Notes under the pieces: generated by a model
Databases searched by the model: none
What the model saw: the letters and a program-made list of their open reading frames with translations, nothing else
Told to the model about the DNA's origin: nothing
Made by a program: the position numbers and the translations under genes
Source of the DNA: Octopus sinensis
Lineage: Eukaryota
Assembly (NCBI RefSeq): GCF_006345805.1
Contig: NC_042998.1
Span: 99,014,001-99,078,000 of the forward strand
DNA: 64,000 nt
Reading direction: 5' to 3'
In this document: positions 38,441 through 51,005 of the stretch, in pieces
How positions within the stretch are numbered: position 1 is the stretch's first letter
Layout: each line of letters begins with the position of its first letter

Positions 38441-38609
38441 ATTTCAAATTTATTGTTGTTGCTTTATACAAGGGTTCTTGAGCTACATGTAAAACCATTA
38501 TAGCCTTTCAACACACCTCAGATTTCTTCAAAGAAGGTCCCTGCCTAAAAGGTTAGAATCCACCCCCCATCACAGCATTCAAACTTTTTCTTTTTTATAT
38601 CTTTTTATC

Positions 38610-38990
38610 ATTTTACTTGTTTCAGTCAATGGACTATAGCCATGCTATGGCCTTGAAGCATCTAGTCAAACAAATCAAACCCAGTACCTTTTTTTTTTTA
38701 CTGTCTAGTACTTATTCTATCAATCTCATTTTGCTGAACAGGTTTGTTAATGAGAGACCAACACTGGTTGTCAAGTGACAGTGGGGGACAAGCACCTCAC
38801 ACACACACACATGCACATAATATAGAAAGGGCTTCTCTCAGTTTCCATCTACCAGATCCACTCATGAGGTTTTGGTTTGCCCAGGGTAGAAGAGATTTAC
38901 CCAAGGTACCATGTCATGCAACTGAACCTAGAACAATGGAACCATATTGCTGGAAAGCAAATTTCTTACTACACAACCATGCTTGCATCT
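38610..38990 (-). mobile_element. tRNA-derived SINE (family B), old copy, in CLIC intron
   Basis: ttttacttgtttcagtcaatggact...cagtttccatctaccagatccactca. Confidence 0.75.
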
Positions 38991-39060
38991 ATGTTTGGAT
39001 AAAGAATTTAATTTATCTTAATATCAACAGAAGATCTGTAGCAACTGGATTATTCTTATA

Positions 39061-39870
39061 CATGAGGTGTTGTCAAAATGTTTCAGGACTAGTTTAATAA
39101 AAAAAATAACTTATTTACCTAAATTTTAAAATCAACTCCTTTGAAACAGACACCTTGCACAGCAATACACTGGTCCCAGCATTCTTGACACTTTTGGAAT
39201 CTGGCCTGGAAGTCATTTTCCATAAGCAAGTTGGGAACCTTCTGTGATTCACTCTGGATCTCAACAGCAGTGTTAAAAAGTGACCTTTGAGCTGCATTTT
39301 CATCTTGGGGAAGAAACGGAAGTTTGCAGGTACTATGTTTTTGACAAGAAACTCACAAGTGAGGTGAGCTTGGTGATAAGTTGCATTGTCATCATAAAAA
39401 TCCAATTCTTTGCGCTCCACAGATCTGGTCGCTTACACCAAATTCACTCTCTTAAATGCTTCAAAATGTCACAGTAGAAGTCTCGATTGATGGTCTGGCC
39501 TTGGGGGACAAATTTTTGATGCACAATACCACATTTCCGGGGGTGATGCTCATGACGGATCTTCCAGATTGCTCATTGTCTTCCAGGAATGTCCTTCCAT
39601 TTTTGACGTGCCCATGTCACTCAAAACATTGCGTATGACCAATTGCCTCCTTGCTATAAGTTTGCCAAAGCGTGCTTAATGTCTCTGTAACAGACTTCCC
39701 CCAGTTTCATGTTGACTCTTTGTTCCTGTCAATGACAAAATCACAGACAATAGCATACATGTGATCACAAAAACACAAATTTCACTGCTAGCTCTTACTG
39801 CACATACAACTGTGCTGCCATCTGTTGGCACATTACAAAACTAGTCCAGGAACTTTGATACCACCTCGTT
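39061..39870 (-). mobile_element. Internally deleted mariner element (810 bp) with both TIRs and TA TSD
   Basis: TA|catgaggtgttgtcaaaatgtttcaggactagtt ... aactagtccaggaactttgataccacctcgtt|TA. Minus-strand relic reads DDNAT.H.A..T.EFL.KN...ANFRFFPKMKMQLKG (mariner catalytic C-terminus). Confidence 0.9.
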
Positions 39871-41703
39871 TACAATTAGTTGAAGTAGTTAAATTACTAG
39901 CATATCTGCTGCTAAGTTGTGAGTTCAAACCTACTGCAAACATTTCATTGTTGTTTAGCCTCAAGTCAGCCTTAAGCAGATCCTTTGAAAAACATTCCAG
40001 CTATAACCATTTTGTCTTTTTTATTTGTTTTCTATGCATGTTGGTTATCTGGTGATACTGTCCATTAGGTATACTTTAAAGATTAGTGTAATTTGAGAAT
40101 GGTTTTTCACTTATTTGTCACGGGTTGAGTGGGTCACAGACTCCCTTGCATTATTGGGCAAAATAGTTTGTTCTACATTGCCTCGGTTCACTTTGCCGTC
40201 AGTAATAATTACCAGATAATTTAGGAAAATTGTTCATTTATATATTTCCTATTCATAGGAAGATTTGTTTTTTTTTCCATTTAACATCATGAAGCAAGAG
40301 TGAAGCATTAATCCTTAAAAGGCTCTTGAAAATTAGAAGGCATTCATTACATTTTAAAGTAGTTGATCTGATTGACACAATCTTTCATCTACTTATCCCT
40401 CGACCATTCCTATCGATACACACCTAGTTTCTTAATGAATTAAGCTTGATATCACATGTAAGAATTACTTCTGTGCTTGAGAATGAGTAAGATAAAGTCG
40501 AACTCTGAACAAAAGTTATTGTTTAGAGAAGACAGGTTGGAGTCTGGTGCATCCCCCCAGCTTGCCAGTCCTCAGTCAAACCATCCAACCCATGCCAGCA
40601 ATGGAATGTCGATGTTAAACAACAACAGTGATAATTATGAAAACTGCAAAGTGAAATTTTATAATCATTAGTAACAACAACCAGTGTGTTTTTAATCTAA
40701 AGATATAGCTAAAAGAAAGAAGAAAAAAAATACTTGAATCAAGATGTAACATGCATTCTGTCTGTTGCCAAGGCTACAGGCAGTAGCCTGCAGTTATCTG
40801 CCACAGACATGTAGTTGTTTAGTTCATATATATTTTTCATTTTGAATCTGTTGTTTTGTGTGTGTGTTACTGTGTAAAGATAGTAAATCAACAGACATAA
40901 TAGTGTTGGGCTAACTATCTAATATTATTTACTTTCAAATCAGTGTTTTCATCCCAGAGTTAATCATTTCCCCATTTGATTAAAGATTGGGTGACTTGTC
41001 AAAATTGACTAACAGCAGAGAAGACATGGAAACTCCCCCCCCCCCAAACAAAAAAGCAAGAGCCTTCTCATTCTCTGCCTAGACTTTTGTGATCATAATT
41101 TAGAACAGAAATTTGTAAAGCGTTCATATATAATCTTGTACTACTCAATCAAAGTCTTAACAATTTTGTTCCTTTTTTTATGAAGGGCTGAAATTATTTT
41201 GTTTGGCTTTGTGAGCTTAGTTCATTTAAAGTTGTTTATGCTTGCATGAATTGGACAGGGGCTTACTTGAGGTAACACTTTACAGCCAGATTCCTTGCCT
41301 GTTTACCAACTGTTAACTGGTTTTTAAGTAAGAGTTATTTTATTCCACTGGTTTTTGACAGTGCAGAATGGGCAGTTATAGTGTCAACAGTGAATGTAAG
41401 CATCATATCATTGTTTATCTTAGGCTATGATAAAGTGCAGAATATCTACATTTACATATATACACTCTGTATGCACATTTACATATATACACATAAATTT
41501 CTCTCACAGTGCATTGGCCCAATGTAGCAAGATAAAACTCAAAACTGTAGTGTTACAAAGCAACTATAAATATATATTATGTTTCTGCCTATAATCATCC
41601 TTGCATCAATGAAATTATATTAATAGTTTTGAATATTAATTTTGTAATAAAAGTTGCTGCCTCTGACTAATGATTTATTTATTTTTTTCTTTTTAACTTC
41701 TAG

Positions 41704-41874
41704 ACCTTCAACAGATTCCTATCAACTGATTCAGATAGAAGACTGAATGAGATAATGAGTAACTTAAATAACCATCTGAAAGAGAATGAAACCAAGTTTA
41801 TGATTGGCGATGAATTGACATATGTGGATTGTGTTTTGTTGCCACGTTTACAACATGTCAGAGTGGCTGGCAGT
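41704..41874 (+). CDS. CLIC: CLIC family protein, internal coding exon (GST C-terminal helical domain)
   Basis: Acceptor ttttaacttctag|ACC, donor AGT|gtgaga, 171 nt in phase 0. TFNRFLSTDSDRRLNEIMSNLNNHLKENETKFMIGDELTYVDCVLLPRLQHVRVAGS contains the CLIC motif F..GD.LT..DC.LLP.L.H.RV. Confidence 0.93.
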
Positions 41875-44439
41875 GTGAGATTTTTGTTTACAATTTTCTT
41901 TTAAAATGTTGTTTCATACTTTTTAAATATCTTAATCAGAGAAAGGCACAGTATCATAGGCATTTGTAGGAATACAAAGACTGCTGAGGATGGTGGTGGG
42001 AGGGGAGGATTAGTAAACCCATGGGTTACTGTAGCAAGATGTAATACATCAAGCTCTGTAGCTCTCAGGTCAGGAATCATATCCAACTCCTTGTGACATA
42101 GTAGACTTCTCTAAAAGCACTCATGGACCAGTTGTTGTGGTAAACCAGATGATGGATTACTTAAACCATTCCCTTCCTATAGAGCATCAGCCATCAACAA
42201 CTTTTCTCCACTAATCCTAACTCTTAGGTTGGCTCCCTTCCCTCTTGTAGCTTCATTTTAGATTATGCTGCAGTGTCTTCCCTTCCCAGATCTTGTTGGT
42301 TTTTGTCATTTATGCTTCCATAACTTCATTTTTCCTAGGTAGGGCTGTTGGCCCTACACAAACCCATTTTTACCTCTAGGAGCATTTTTGTGTCAAATGA
42401 AGGATTAGAGTGTGACAGGGAGGCTGAAACATGTTTGTGGTCCATATTAGCCTGGCCCCTATTCTTTGACTTGTTCAGCAAGGGAGAACTTACACTCTGC
42501 TGGCATAGCTCTCCAGGGTGATCAAGGCACACAACCTACTACACTGCAACAAGGACTGGACTTTGCAAACCAGATGATGAATTAGGTTTACCAAGCTTTC
42601 TGTTTCAAAAGTGATAACATCTGGATCATTTATACCAGTTTACATTTCTAAGTTTGGAAATAAAACTGTGTTAATAATTTTGCCTTTGCCAAATCCTTTG
42701 TGTTCATGCTTTGAATCTTGTCAAACTCTGAAGTCTATTGTCATTGTTGGACCAATTCATTTCAAAAATGTTTTGCTCAAAAAGTGGTTCTGTTGGTTCA
42801 GTCCTGCAGTTATGCTAGAGATCCTTTCTGGATATCATCAAAGGTAAAATAGACAGCTGAAAATTTAGATAAATTAGTACAATGAAATCAATTCTTGTAT
42901 CAATGTCTGGTCCTCATATGCATGTTGTATGTCATTGGTATTACGAGTTTAATAACCTTCATGTCAAGTTCCTGTAATTTGCCAATATGGTTGGATACTA
43001 TTTGTGACTATGTGGATTCACCTGTTAGAGCCAGCTCAGCTCATTCTGGATGAATACTAGTGCATGTAAATATTTCTAAGTTTGATTTAGTCTGCAAAAT
43101 GCATGTTGTTTCTTCATAATTTTCTATACTTTTGTGAGCTGGTTTTATGAATTATTGATTTTATGGGATAACTATGTATTGTATAGTATTCTATTTATGG
43201 GGTTGTGTTTGTGAACAAATTGATATATTTATTTAACATATTTTTCAGAACCTCCTTTCTCATTGTTTTTTTTTCTTTCTGTTTTTCCATATTTGTTTTA
43301 TATTTTTCTCTTCACACCATATTTCTTCATTCAGTATTTGAAATTTCTTTAGTCTACAATAGCAAAAGATGCCTGACATCAGAAAACTTTGAACAACATA
43401 ACCTTTGATACAAGCAAATATTTTAAGTTTCAAACAAAACTGGTTCCAAAATTCTTCAGCAGTGTATACTTATTCATGAGTAATTGTCCAAATAACTTGT
43501 TTTCTATATGTTGCTTTCTTTGCTTTTCTGTTTTTCCTTTATAAGCACCATGCTTCTCTTTCTTACTTTCTCTCTCTCTCCCTCACTTCCCCTCTCCCAC
43601 TCTCTCCTGCCTATTCTCTTGTAACAAAATGCAACAGAAACAAAACCTAGTATTAATTTTATATAGTTGTTGAAAGGTTATGAGCATTGCTTCTCAGACT
43701 AAATTACTATTAAAAATTTTCTTACTTAGTCACTAGATATTTGAACAATAAAATATTTAACTTTACGGTAAAGTCTCAAAAACCTCCTAATCTTCATTTT
43801 TACATCTGCTTTTCCATGCTAGCTTTGATTGGACAGGTGGGTCTTACAGTGTCTATCATACTACAGGTCTACATTAGGACTAATGGGTCTTCTTTACTTG
43901 GTATAAGTTTTGATTAAGAATTACCACTCTTCTAGACAAGTTGCCTGTGTTGTAGTTTGTGCAGAGTTGAAATATTTTTATCTCTTCTCATAATTTGACA
44001 ATTCAAATTGCGCCAGCTGATCTTTGATATAAAAGCAACATGAGAAACTCAAGATTCAACTATGTTTAGAATTTAAAATATCTCTGAAACCCCAAAATCT
44101 CATTAGAACCATTACTTAGTTACATGGTACTAAGTGAATGAGGATGAAATCTTCCACTGGATATGACAGTCTTGTTTTTACGTTTCTTTATACTTAAAAC
44201 CTAAATCTATTCAAAATTTAAAGATCTTTTACTGTTTCGAATAATATTTGAAATAGATACAATTTTGTGATTTCATTAAATGTCTTCTCTGAGAAATATC
44301 TCTTTTTAGCTTCTCTTACCTTTTTGCTACACTACGTTTAATTTGTGGTCCCATCTTCCCTGAAAAATACTAGGTGGAATCAAAGAGGAAAAATATCTAA
44401 AATTTTAGACTTCACACATAACTAATCAGCTTTTATAAA

Positions 44440-44640
44440 CTATATTAGAGCAAGTGCTTGCAATTATAAGGTCATGAGTTCGATTCTGGGATCAGATTAT
44501 GTGTTGTCTCTTTGAACAGGGTACTTCATTTCACAGTGCTCCAGTCTACTCAGATGGAAATAAATACCTGTGTAGTGCTGGTGCAACCCTTTCACAACAT
44601 CTTGGATCTTCTGCTTTGTCAAAAGCAAGCGGGTCAAGAG
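44440..44640 (+). mobile_element. tRNA-derived SINE, old copy
   Basis: B-box gagttcgattc at ~44480 followed by a typical SINE body (gtgctccagtctactcag). Confidence 0.6.
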
Positions 44641-46136
44641 AGTGTATATTTTATTTATGACTAATCAAGCATTTAAAACAATTAGCCAAACTATGGTACA
44701 TGCTACCAAGTCATACTTACTTGCAAGTGATGACTATAGGATTTTGCTGCTGCGGCCTACTACATGTTTATAGTTATCCCTACCTACAAATTAAGATCAG
44801 ACTTTTGTTCCCCTAAACGTCTAAATTACCTTTGAGATCATTTAAAAAAAATTATCTCCTTTTTTCTTTGATAGTCATCAACAATTACATCTAGGTTTTT
44901 GTTTTCTTTGTCCAACTATAAGGGAAATTTTAATTAAGAATTTGTCTGCATATAATATTAAGTACACCATGCCTTAACTTGTGTGCCCTGCTACAATGTT
45001 GTTCTAAATGTAACATAACTTCATGTAGGTTTATCTGCCAGGCTTGTAACAACAGCTTAAGCCTGTAGATATATTATTCCTGTCTTTCAGGTTCCTTCAA
45101 AGTTTAATCATTAAGATCTATATCTAAGCCTGATAATTGTTACTGACAAGATATATCCCCTCCCAACGTTGCCTGTACAAAAGACATGCTCCATAGTAAA
45201 TTAAAATAGCTTTAACTGAAATCAAAATCAAATTGGAGAATTCTATAGAAGTCATATATTGATGATTTCCTATTCAAAGGTTTCTACTACTTCGTTTTGT
45301 AAACATTTTTTTCAATAAAATTAGCAGTTAAAAAACACTTTTCTTCTATTTATGTTTTTTCACAAATTTAACATAGAACTGCTTTAAGTTTAAATTGCTT
45401 TCACTTAGCTATTAGCCCACCAGTTTTGTTAGGAGAAAAACGAGACTCGTTTTTATTAAGAATTTCATACTTTTTGTTGTATATTGAGATTTAGTTATTT
45501 TTTTATAGACTCTTAAATATCGAAAGACTTAGTGAAGGCGGGGGTTGTAAGAGGCAAACTTCCCTAGATTTCTCACTTGATGTTATGCCATATCCTTTCT
45601 CTTTAGAACTACATTTATAGAGATGTCATGAAGAGAAGAAATATTAATCAAAATATAGTCAGAAAGATTAGAACCAATTAAGGTTTCATTGAAATAAACT
45701 AAGTTTGTCAAAAACAAAAAATAAGAAAAGCATACTTGATTCCATGACTTCATTGAAAAAATAGAAACTATTACATTCATAAGCTAAAGCTGAAAACAGA
45801 AATATTGCTTTACTAACTACTAATGAAAGATATTGCATATGAATGGAGAGAGAGTGAGAGAGTGGTCTTGTCAGTTAGAACTACTGAACTGGTTTTCTTT
45901 TTCAAAGTCAGTTGAGTTCATTTGTTACTAATACTCTTGAGGACATCTATTATTTACTTTATATCCCATTTTGTTAACAATAGTATCATTGGTTACTAGT
46001 TTTCAACAGGCCAATCACTGGTTCATTGTGCTTCTGATAGCGTGAGTGATAAGGGTGTGTCCAACTTAATGCAAAAAACTTTGTTCAGAAATCACAAGTT
46101 ATTTTTTTCAGTTTTTCTTACTGATCTTTATATCTT

Positions 46137-46395
46137 ATCATCATCATCATCATCGTTTGACGTCCGCTTTCCATGCTAGCATGGGTTGGACGGTTTAACT
46201 GGGGTTTGGGAAGCCAGAAGGCTTCACCAGCCCCATTCTGATCTGGCAGTGTTTGTACAGCTGGATGCCCTTCCTAACGCCAACCACTCCGTGAGTGTAG
46301 TGGGTGCTTTTTACGTGCCACCGGCACAGGTGCCAGACGAGGCTGGCAAACGGCCACGATCGGATGGTGCTTTTTACATGCCACCGGCATGATGA
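46137..46395 (-). mobile_element. RTE LINE 3' tail, relatively young (CpGs retained)
   Basis: (cat)n cgtttgacgtccgctttccatgctagcatgggttggacgg... Confidence 0.88.
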
Positions 46396-46479
46396 AAGAT
46401 ACATGCATGTTCATGCACATATCATTCGCATAATCCCCAACTACCAACTTCTACTTATAAAGTATTGGTCAACTTCAGG

Positions 46480-46730
46480 ATGTAGAAGAAAACATTCAAC
46501 ATGCTGTGCTTGAGAACACTTGTCATGTGAAATAAAACCATAGTTGTGGCTGTATATACCAGTGTCATGTAAATGGCTTCTGTGGAATCATAGTTGTGGC
46601 TGTTACTGACACCTATACCAGTGGCATGTAAAAAAGCACCCATTACATTCTCGGAGTGGTTAAGTGTTAGGAAAGGCATCCAGCCATAGAAATCATACCA
46701 AATCAGTCTGAAACCTGGTGCAGCCCTCAG
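46480..46730 (+). mobile_element. RTE tail fragment, opposite orientation to 46137-46395
   Basis: aaaaaagcacccattacattctcggagtgg...aggaaaggcatccagccatagaaa...cctggtgcagcc. Confidence 0.75.
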
Positions 46731-47180
46731 TGACATAATTGATGTAGAGCTTTTTCTTCTGAAGGTTATATGAAGTCCCTTTTCTTTACATTAACTCGTT
46801 TTATATATCAATAAAAAGAACAAGTACAAAAGAAAGCATTCCTAAGAAAATATTGCATAAAAACAAAAGCATGAATAGCTAACAGGATGTTACATTGTCA
46901 TGGCAATTTCGGATTATGACTCTGGAATGATTTGCAGTTTGTGCTGAAAAGAAGCAGCTGTTACCAATGTTGTTTCTCCACTGAGATTACCTTAGTAATG
47001 TCCATTTCTTTTAACACACACAAAAAAAAAAATATCTATAAAGTAAAAGTTTAGTAGGTTGGAACACAAGGATATCACTGACTGGAGGGTTTTATGCATT
47101 TAGATTCAAACCTTATTCTGATTTCACTTCTTACTAGATAGAAATAACATTGATTATTAAAGCTCTGGAATTGATATATC

Positions 47181-47399
47181 TATTTCTTTACTACCCACAA
47201 GGGGCTAAACACAGAGAGAACAAATGGATTAAGTCGATTATATCGACTCCAGTGCGTAACTGGTACTTATTTAATCGACCCCGAAAGGATGAAAGGCAAA
47301 GTTGACCTCGGCGGAATTTGAACTCAGAACACAACGGCAGACGAAATACAGCTACGTATTTCGCCCGGCGTGCTAACGTTTCTGCCAGCTCGCTGCCTT
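47181..47399 (-). mobile_element. Young tRNA-derived SINE (family C) with perfect 12-bp TSD
   Basis: AATTGATATATC at 47169-47180 and 47400-47411. Minus strand starts aaggcagcgagctggcagaa...gagttcaaattcc (A/B boxes). Many CpGs are intact. Confidence 0.92.
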
Positions 47400-48034
47400 A
47401 ATTGATATATCATTACAATATATCTGAGTTAATCCAGTCGATTATATCCTTCCCTTTCAGAAAGTATCTTTGTGCACCCTAAATAAAAATTTTTTTAAAG
47501 CATTGATCTATGCACAAACACAGTTGTAAGATCTCATTTCATCTTCTTCACTCACTTATTCCTGGGAGGATTATGGGAGCCAAGAGTCCTGAAGCACATC
47601 TTCCAACAGATCCTGTCAGAAGCAACCATTTCCAACTGATCCAGATGGATTCCTAAGTGAGACCAACTCAGCTCATGGACATTATCCAACCATCTTGTTT
47701 GCAGACTGCACCTGCCAATTGGTTTTGCCAATAAAATCTGTCTAGTAACAGTTGGAAGATATTCAGATAAATATTCTGCATCATGTCTTCCAAAAATTTA
47801 ACAAATAAATAAATAAATTTTACAAGTAATGCAACTATATTAATCTAGCTTGTGTTTGATAAAAAGTAGTTAACACTTTTAGAAAGACCTTTATTTTTTT
47901 ATTATTTAGAGCTTAGATTACTTGGAAAGAACATATATGACTAAAAAGCAGGTTCTAGCTATTAACCTATTAGCCTTTTTGCTTGAATTTAATTTGATGT
48001 TTTCATTTTATCATCAATGAAAATCTCTTTGCAG

Positions 48035-48535
48035 ATACTGAAAAATTATGATATCCCACGCACCATGATTTATTTGTGGAAATATCTTCGAAATGGTTAC
48101 GAGGCTGAGGCCTTCTTTAATACCTGTCCAACAGATCCGGTCATTATCAGTCATTATCAGAAAAAAGTTGCTTTCCGAGGGAGAGAAGCTAGTCTTATGA
48201 AAGAGACAACAACACTTACAATCCCAAATGATATTATATTGGACACGAAATCAGAAATGGAAGAAGTGGATGACGTAGAAGTACAGGACGTAGAAGTACA
48301 GGATGTGGTAAATAATGTCGATGAATTGTCAGAGATGACCTCAAACATTTCTGTTGAAAATGGCAATGGAGCTGTTGATTACAATTATGACACAGGTGAG
48401 GTGAATGTTGTTAGTGATAATACAACTGAGGTCATCGTACATGAGGTTCATGAAGATACTCCAGATACAGTAATTGTAACATCTGATTTGGGCAACTCAA
48501 ACCATAATGACAGTGATGAGAATCCAACTGACTAA
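48035..48535 (+). CDS. CLIC: CLIC family protein, terminal coding exon with acidic C-terminal extension
   Basis: Acceptor tctctttgcag|ATA in phase 0. ILKNYDIP...LWKYLRNGYEAEAFFNTCPTDPVIISHY matches CLIC (F.IP...LWRYL..AY....F..TCP.D..I..HY). It is followed by KETTTLTIP and a D/E-rich tail to TAA at 48533-48535. Confidence 0.93.
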   Translation: MLKNYDIPRTMIYLWKYLRNGYEAEAFFNTCPTDPVIISHYQKKVAFRGREASLMKETTTLTIPNDIILDTKSEMEEVDDVEVQDVEVQDVVNNVDELSEMTSNISVENGNGAVDYNYDTGEVNVVSDNTTEVIVHEVHEDTPDTVIVTSDLGNSNHNDSDENPTD

Positions 48536-49189
48536 TGGAACCATTCTTCACTTTGATTGAGTTTTTTTTTGTTTAATTTTTAATTATTGTTATTTATATA
48601 TTTACAGATTTTCTTATTGAATTTTTTTTTTTCATTTAATGATTAAATCAACTTAAAGAGAAGAATAGAGTTGTACAGCTTTCTTTTTATTTTTTATCCT
48701 ACTTCTTATGGATAAAATAGCAACTGACACTCTGTCTTCCCTTTGAGCTATTGTATCTAATAGCAGGTTATGCCCTGTGCTCACTTTGTAAGAATGATTA
48801 TTCACCTATACATACATATACTCACGCACACCAATATATATGAGGTCAATCTCTTCTGTAAAAATTAAACTAGTTAATGCTGTTGATTTATGTCCTATAA
48901 TTTTTATTTTGTATTTTTGTTTCAATCCTTCGAGAAAAAATTGAAAAACAAAATTTTAAAATTAGAAATAACAAAAATGAGGTGAAAGATGACACTAACA
49001 TAATTTTATTTTTTTATAATTTCTAGTTTATTTAGTATATTGTTTCCAAATCAAGAGAAGCCATAGCATACACTGAAAGAAATATAGAAAAACTGCTATG
49101 CCTTAGTTATATTATGGCTGTATCATATATTTTGGCTTCCTTATGATTTAATGTAATATCTTGGTGGAATTCTGTTTGATTTGTAAAGA

Positions 49190-49195
49190 AATAAA
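49190..49195 (+). terminator. Candidate polyadenylation signal of the CLIC transcript
   Basis: AATAAA ~655 nt after the stop, followed ~25-65 nt later by T/GT-rich sequence (gtatttcattttactgttttta...tgtattgttttc). Confidence 0.5.
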
Positions 49196-49329
49196 GATTA
49201 AAAAATTATCCTACCATTTGCTGTATTTCATTTTACTGTTTTAAAGAATGTATTGTTTTCTTGCTTTCCATTTCTTTTAACTAGTTGTTATTTGTTTTCC
49301 TTTTGGTCCTTTTTTTTTCTTTTTACATA

Positions 49330-49640
49330 GGAATGGGCTGTGATCATGACCTTTGGTAGACTGGTAGATCAGTGGGTTTGATGTTACTAATGTTCCATTT
49401 GAACTGTAAAAAGTTGACAGCTGCAGGCAAAATCTATGCAACAAGAGAATTCCAAGGTGGAAGGATGGCAATATTCTAAAGAGGAATGGCTGGGCAAACA
49501 CAATAGCTTGGGGAAGTGGGTAAGTTATGGGTAAGCCAGAGAGAAGTGAGTTAGAAGTACTTGAGTGGAGGTGACACAAAACCAGAGGCCACTATAGTGG
49601 TAGTAGAAGAGACAGCATGTCTACATCAGAGGTTAGTATC
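49330..49640 (-). mobile_element. CR1/Jockey-like LINE 3' relic
   Basis: Frameshifted minus-strand reading ...WNSL...LPAAVN...FK, resembling the ORF2 C-terminus of CR1/Jockey LINEs. Heavily decayed. Confidence 0.45.
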
Positions 49641-50973
49641 ATGGGGAGGGACTTCATATCAATCTATTGAGTGTTCTTTCTTTTGATAAATTGTCTAGGA
49701 TAACTGTTTGTGTAGTAGTTTAGATACTTGAATAGGTTTGAATGAAAGCTTGAAAAAAAATCTTTAAGAGACAGGCTTGAAACTATTCATGAGCAAGGCT
49801 AAGCTATTACGACAAGAGCCAAGCTTTATAAACTTCTCTTGTTCTGTATAAAGTGGAATGAACAAGGTTTGTAATATAGGTCTGGAGGGTTAGGTACAGT
49901 GACAGAATGTAGTTGATATAATCTTTACCATCACTCTCACTTTAACATCCATTTGTCCATGCTGGTATGGGTTGGCTGGTTTGATGTCACTGTATATCTC
50001 TTCGTTTTCACATTGCATGAATTTCTCTATAAGGTGTATCTGACCTTATCAGTTCTTTGGTCTACCTTTATCGTTGTCACCTTGCACTATCAATTTATGA
50101 TACTTTTTCACTCACATCTACTTTCCACTCTCTGCTTTAGATGTTCATACCACTTCTGTAACATTTCCTCGACACACACATGCACAAACTTTTATTCTGA
50201 AGGGAAAAGTAATGCCCAACATCCTTTGTAGTCCATTGAAAACTAGTAAGATAAATGGAGTTAATGTTACTCTAGAATAGTTGCAATCAACATCTGCAGT
50301 TAAATGTACAGGGAATGAAATCCAGGGGGCCTGTGTCCTACAATGAGTAAGAAGTTCTTGACATAGTGATTAGTAAGTGCCTGGTGGTGTGACAAAAGGA
50401 AATATGAATGAGTTGGGAGTGCCTGAGTGGAGGTGGCATAATACCAGCAAGCTCCAAGGCGCAGAGGCCTCAGTTGTAGCAATAAAAATGACATCATCAT
50501 CATCATCATCATTTAACGTCCGCTTTCCATAGAGAGCAAATTGCATGTCTATAGCTCGAAGGTAAGTGTATGGAATTCAGATAGTTGAATCAAATAAAAA
50601 CTACTAAAAGTAAAATTGCTGCAGTTTATATCTTTATATTGATATGATTATACTTGTAAAATTTGAGGAAAAAACCTGAAAAGCATTTTCACATCTCCCG
50701 TATTCTGAAATTACCCTTTCAGATGATGTACAAAAATTTGAGAGACTAAAAACTAGATTTCATTAATTATATTTGCCTGAACATTTTTTAGTGTCATCCA
50801 AATGCATGCTAGATCAACAACTGAATAAAAATGTGCAAGCAATGAAAGTGGAAAGAACATGTGGAAGGGCAAGTATTAGTAAAGTTTGAGTTGAAGGTTG
50901 AACTGTACATAGGAGACAACAATGGACTGCAACAAACAGAGACGCTATGCAGGAAAAGTTTCATGCAAGCCTT

Positions 50974-51005
<32 letters not shown>

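Noticed and set aside
48017-48034. ATG at 48017 as a gene start
   Set aside because: It lies in the polypyrimidine tract before the acceptor at 48034; the exon is the C-terminal part of CLIC.
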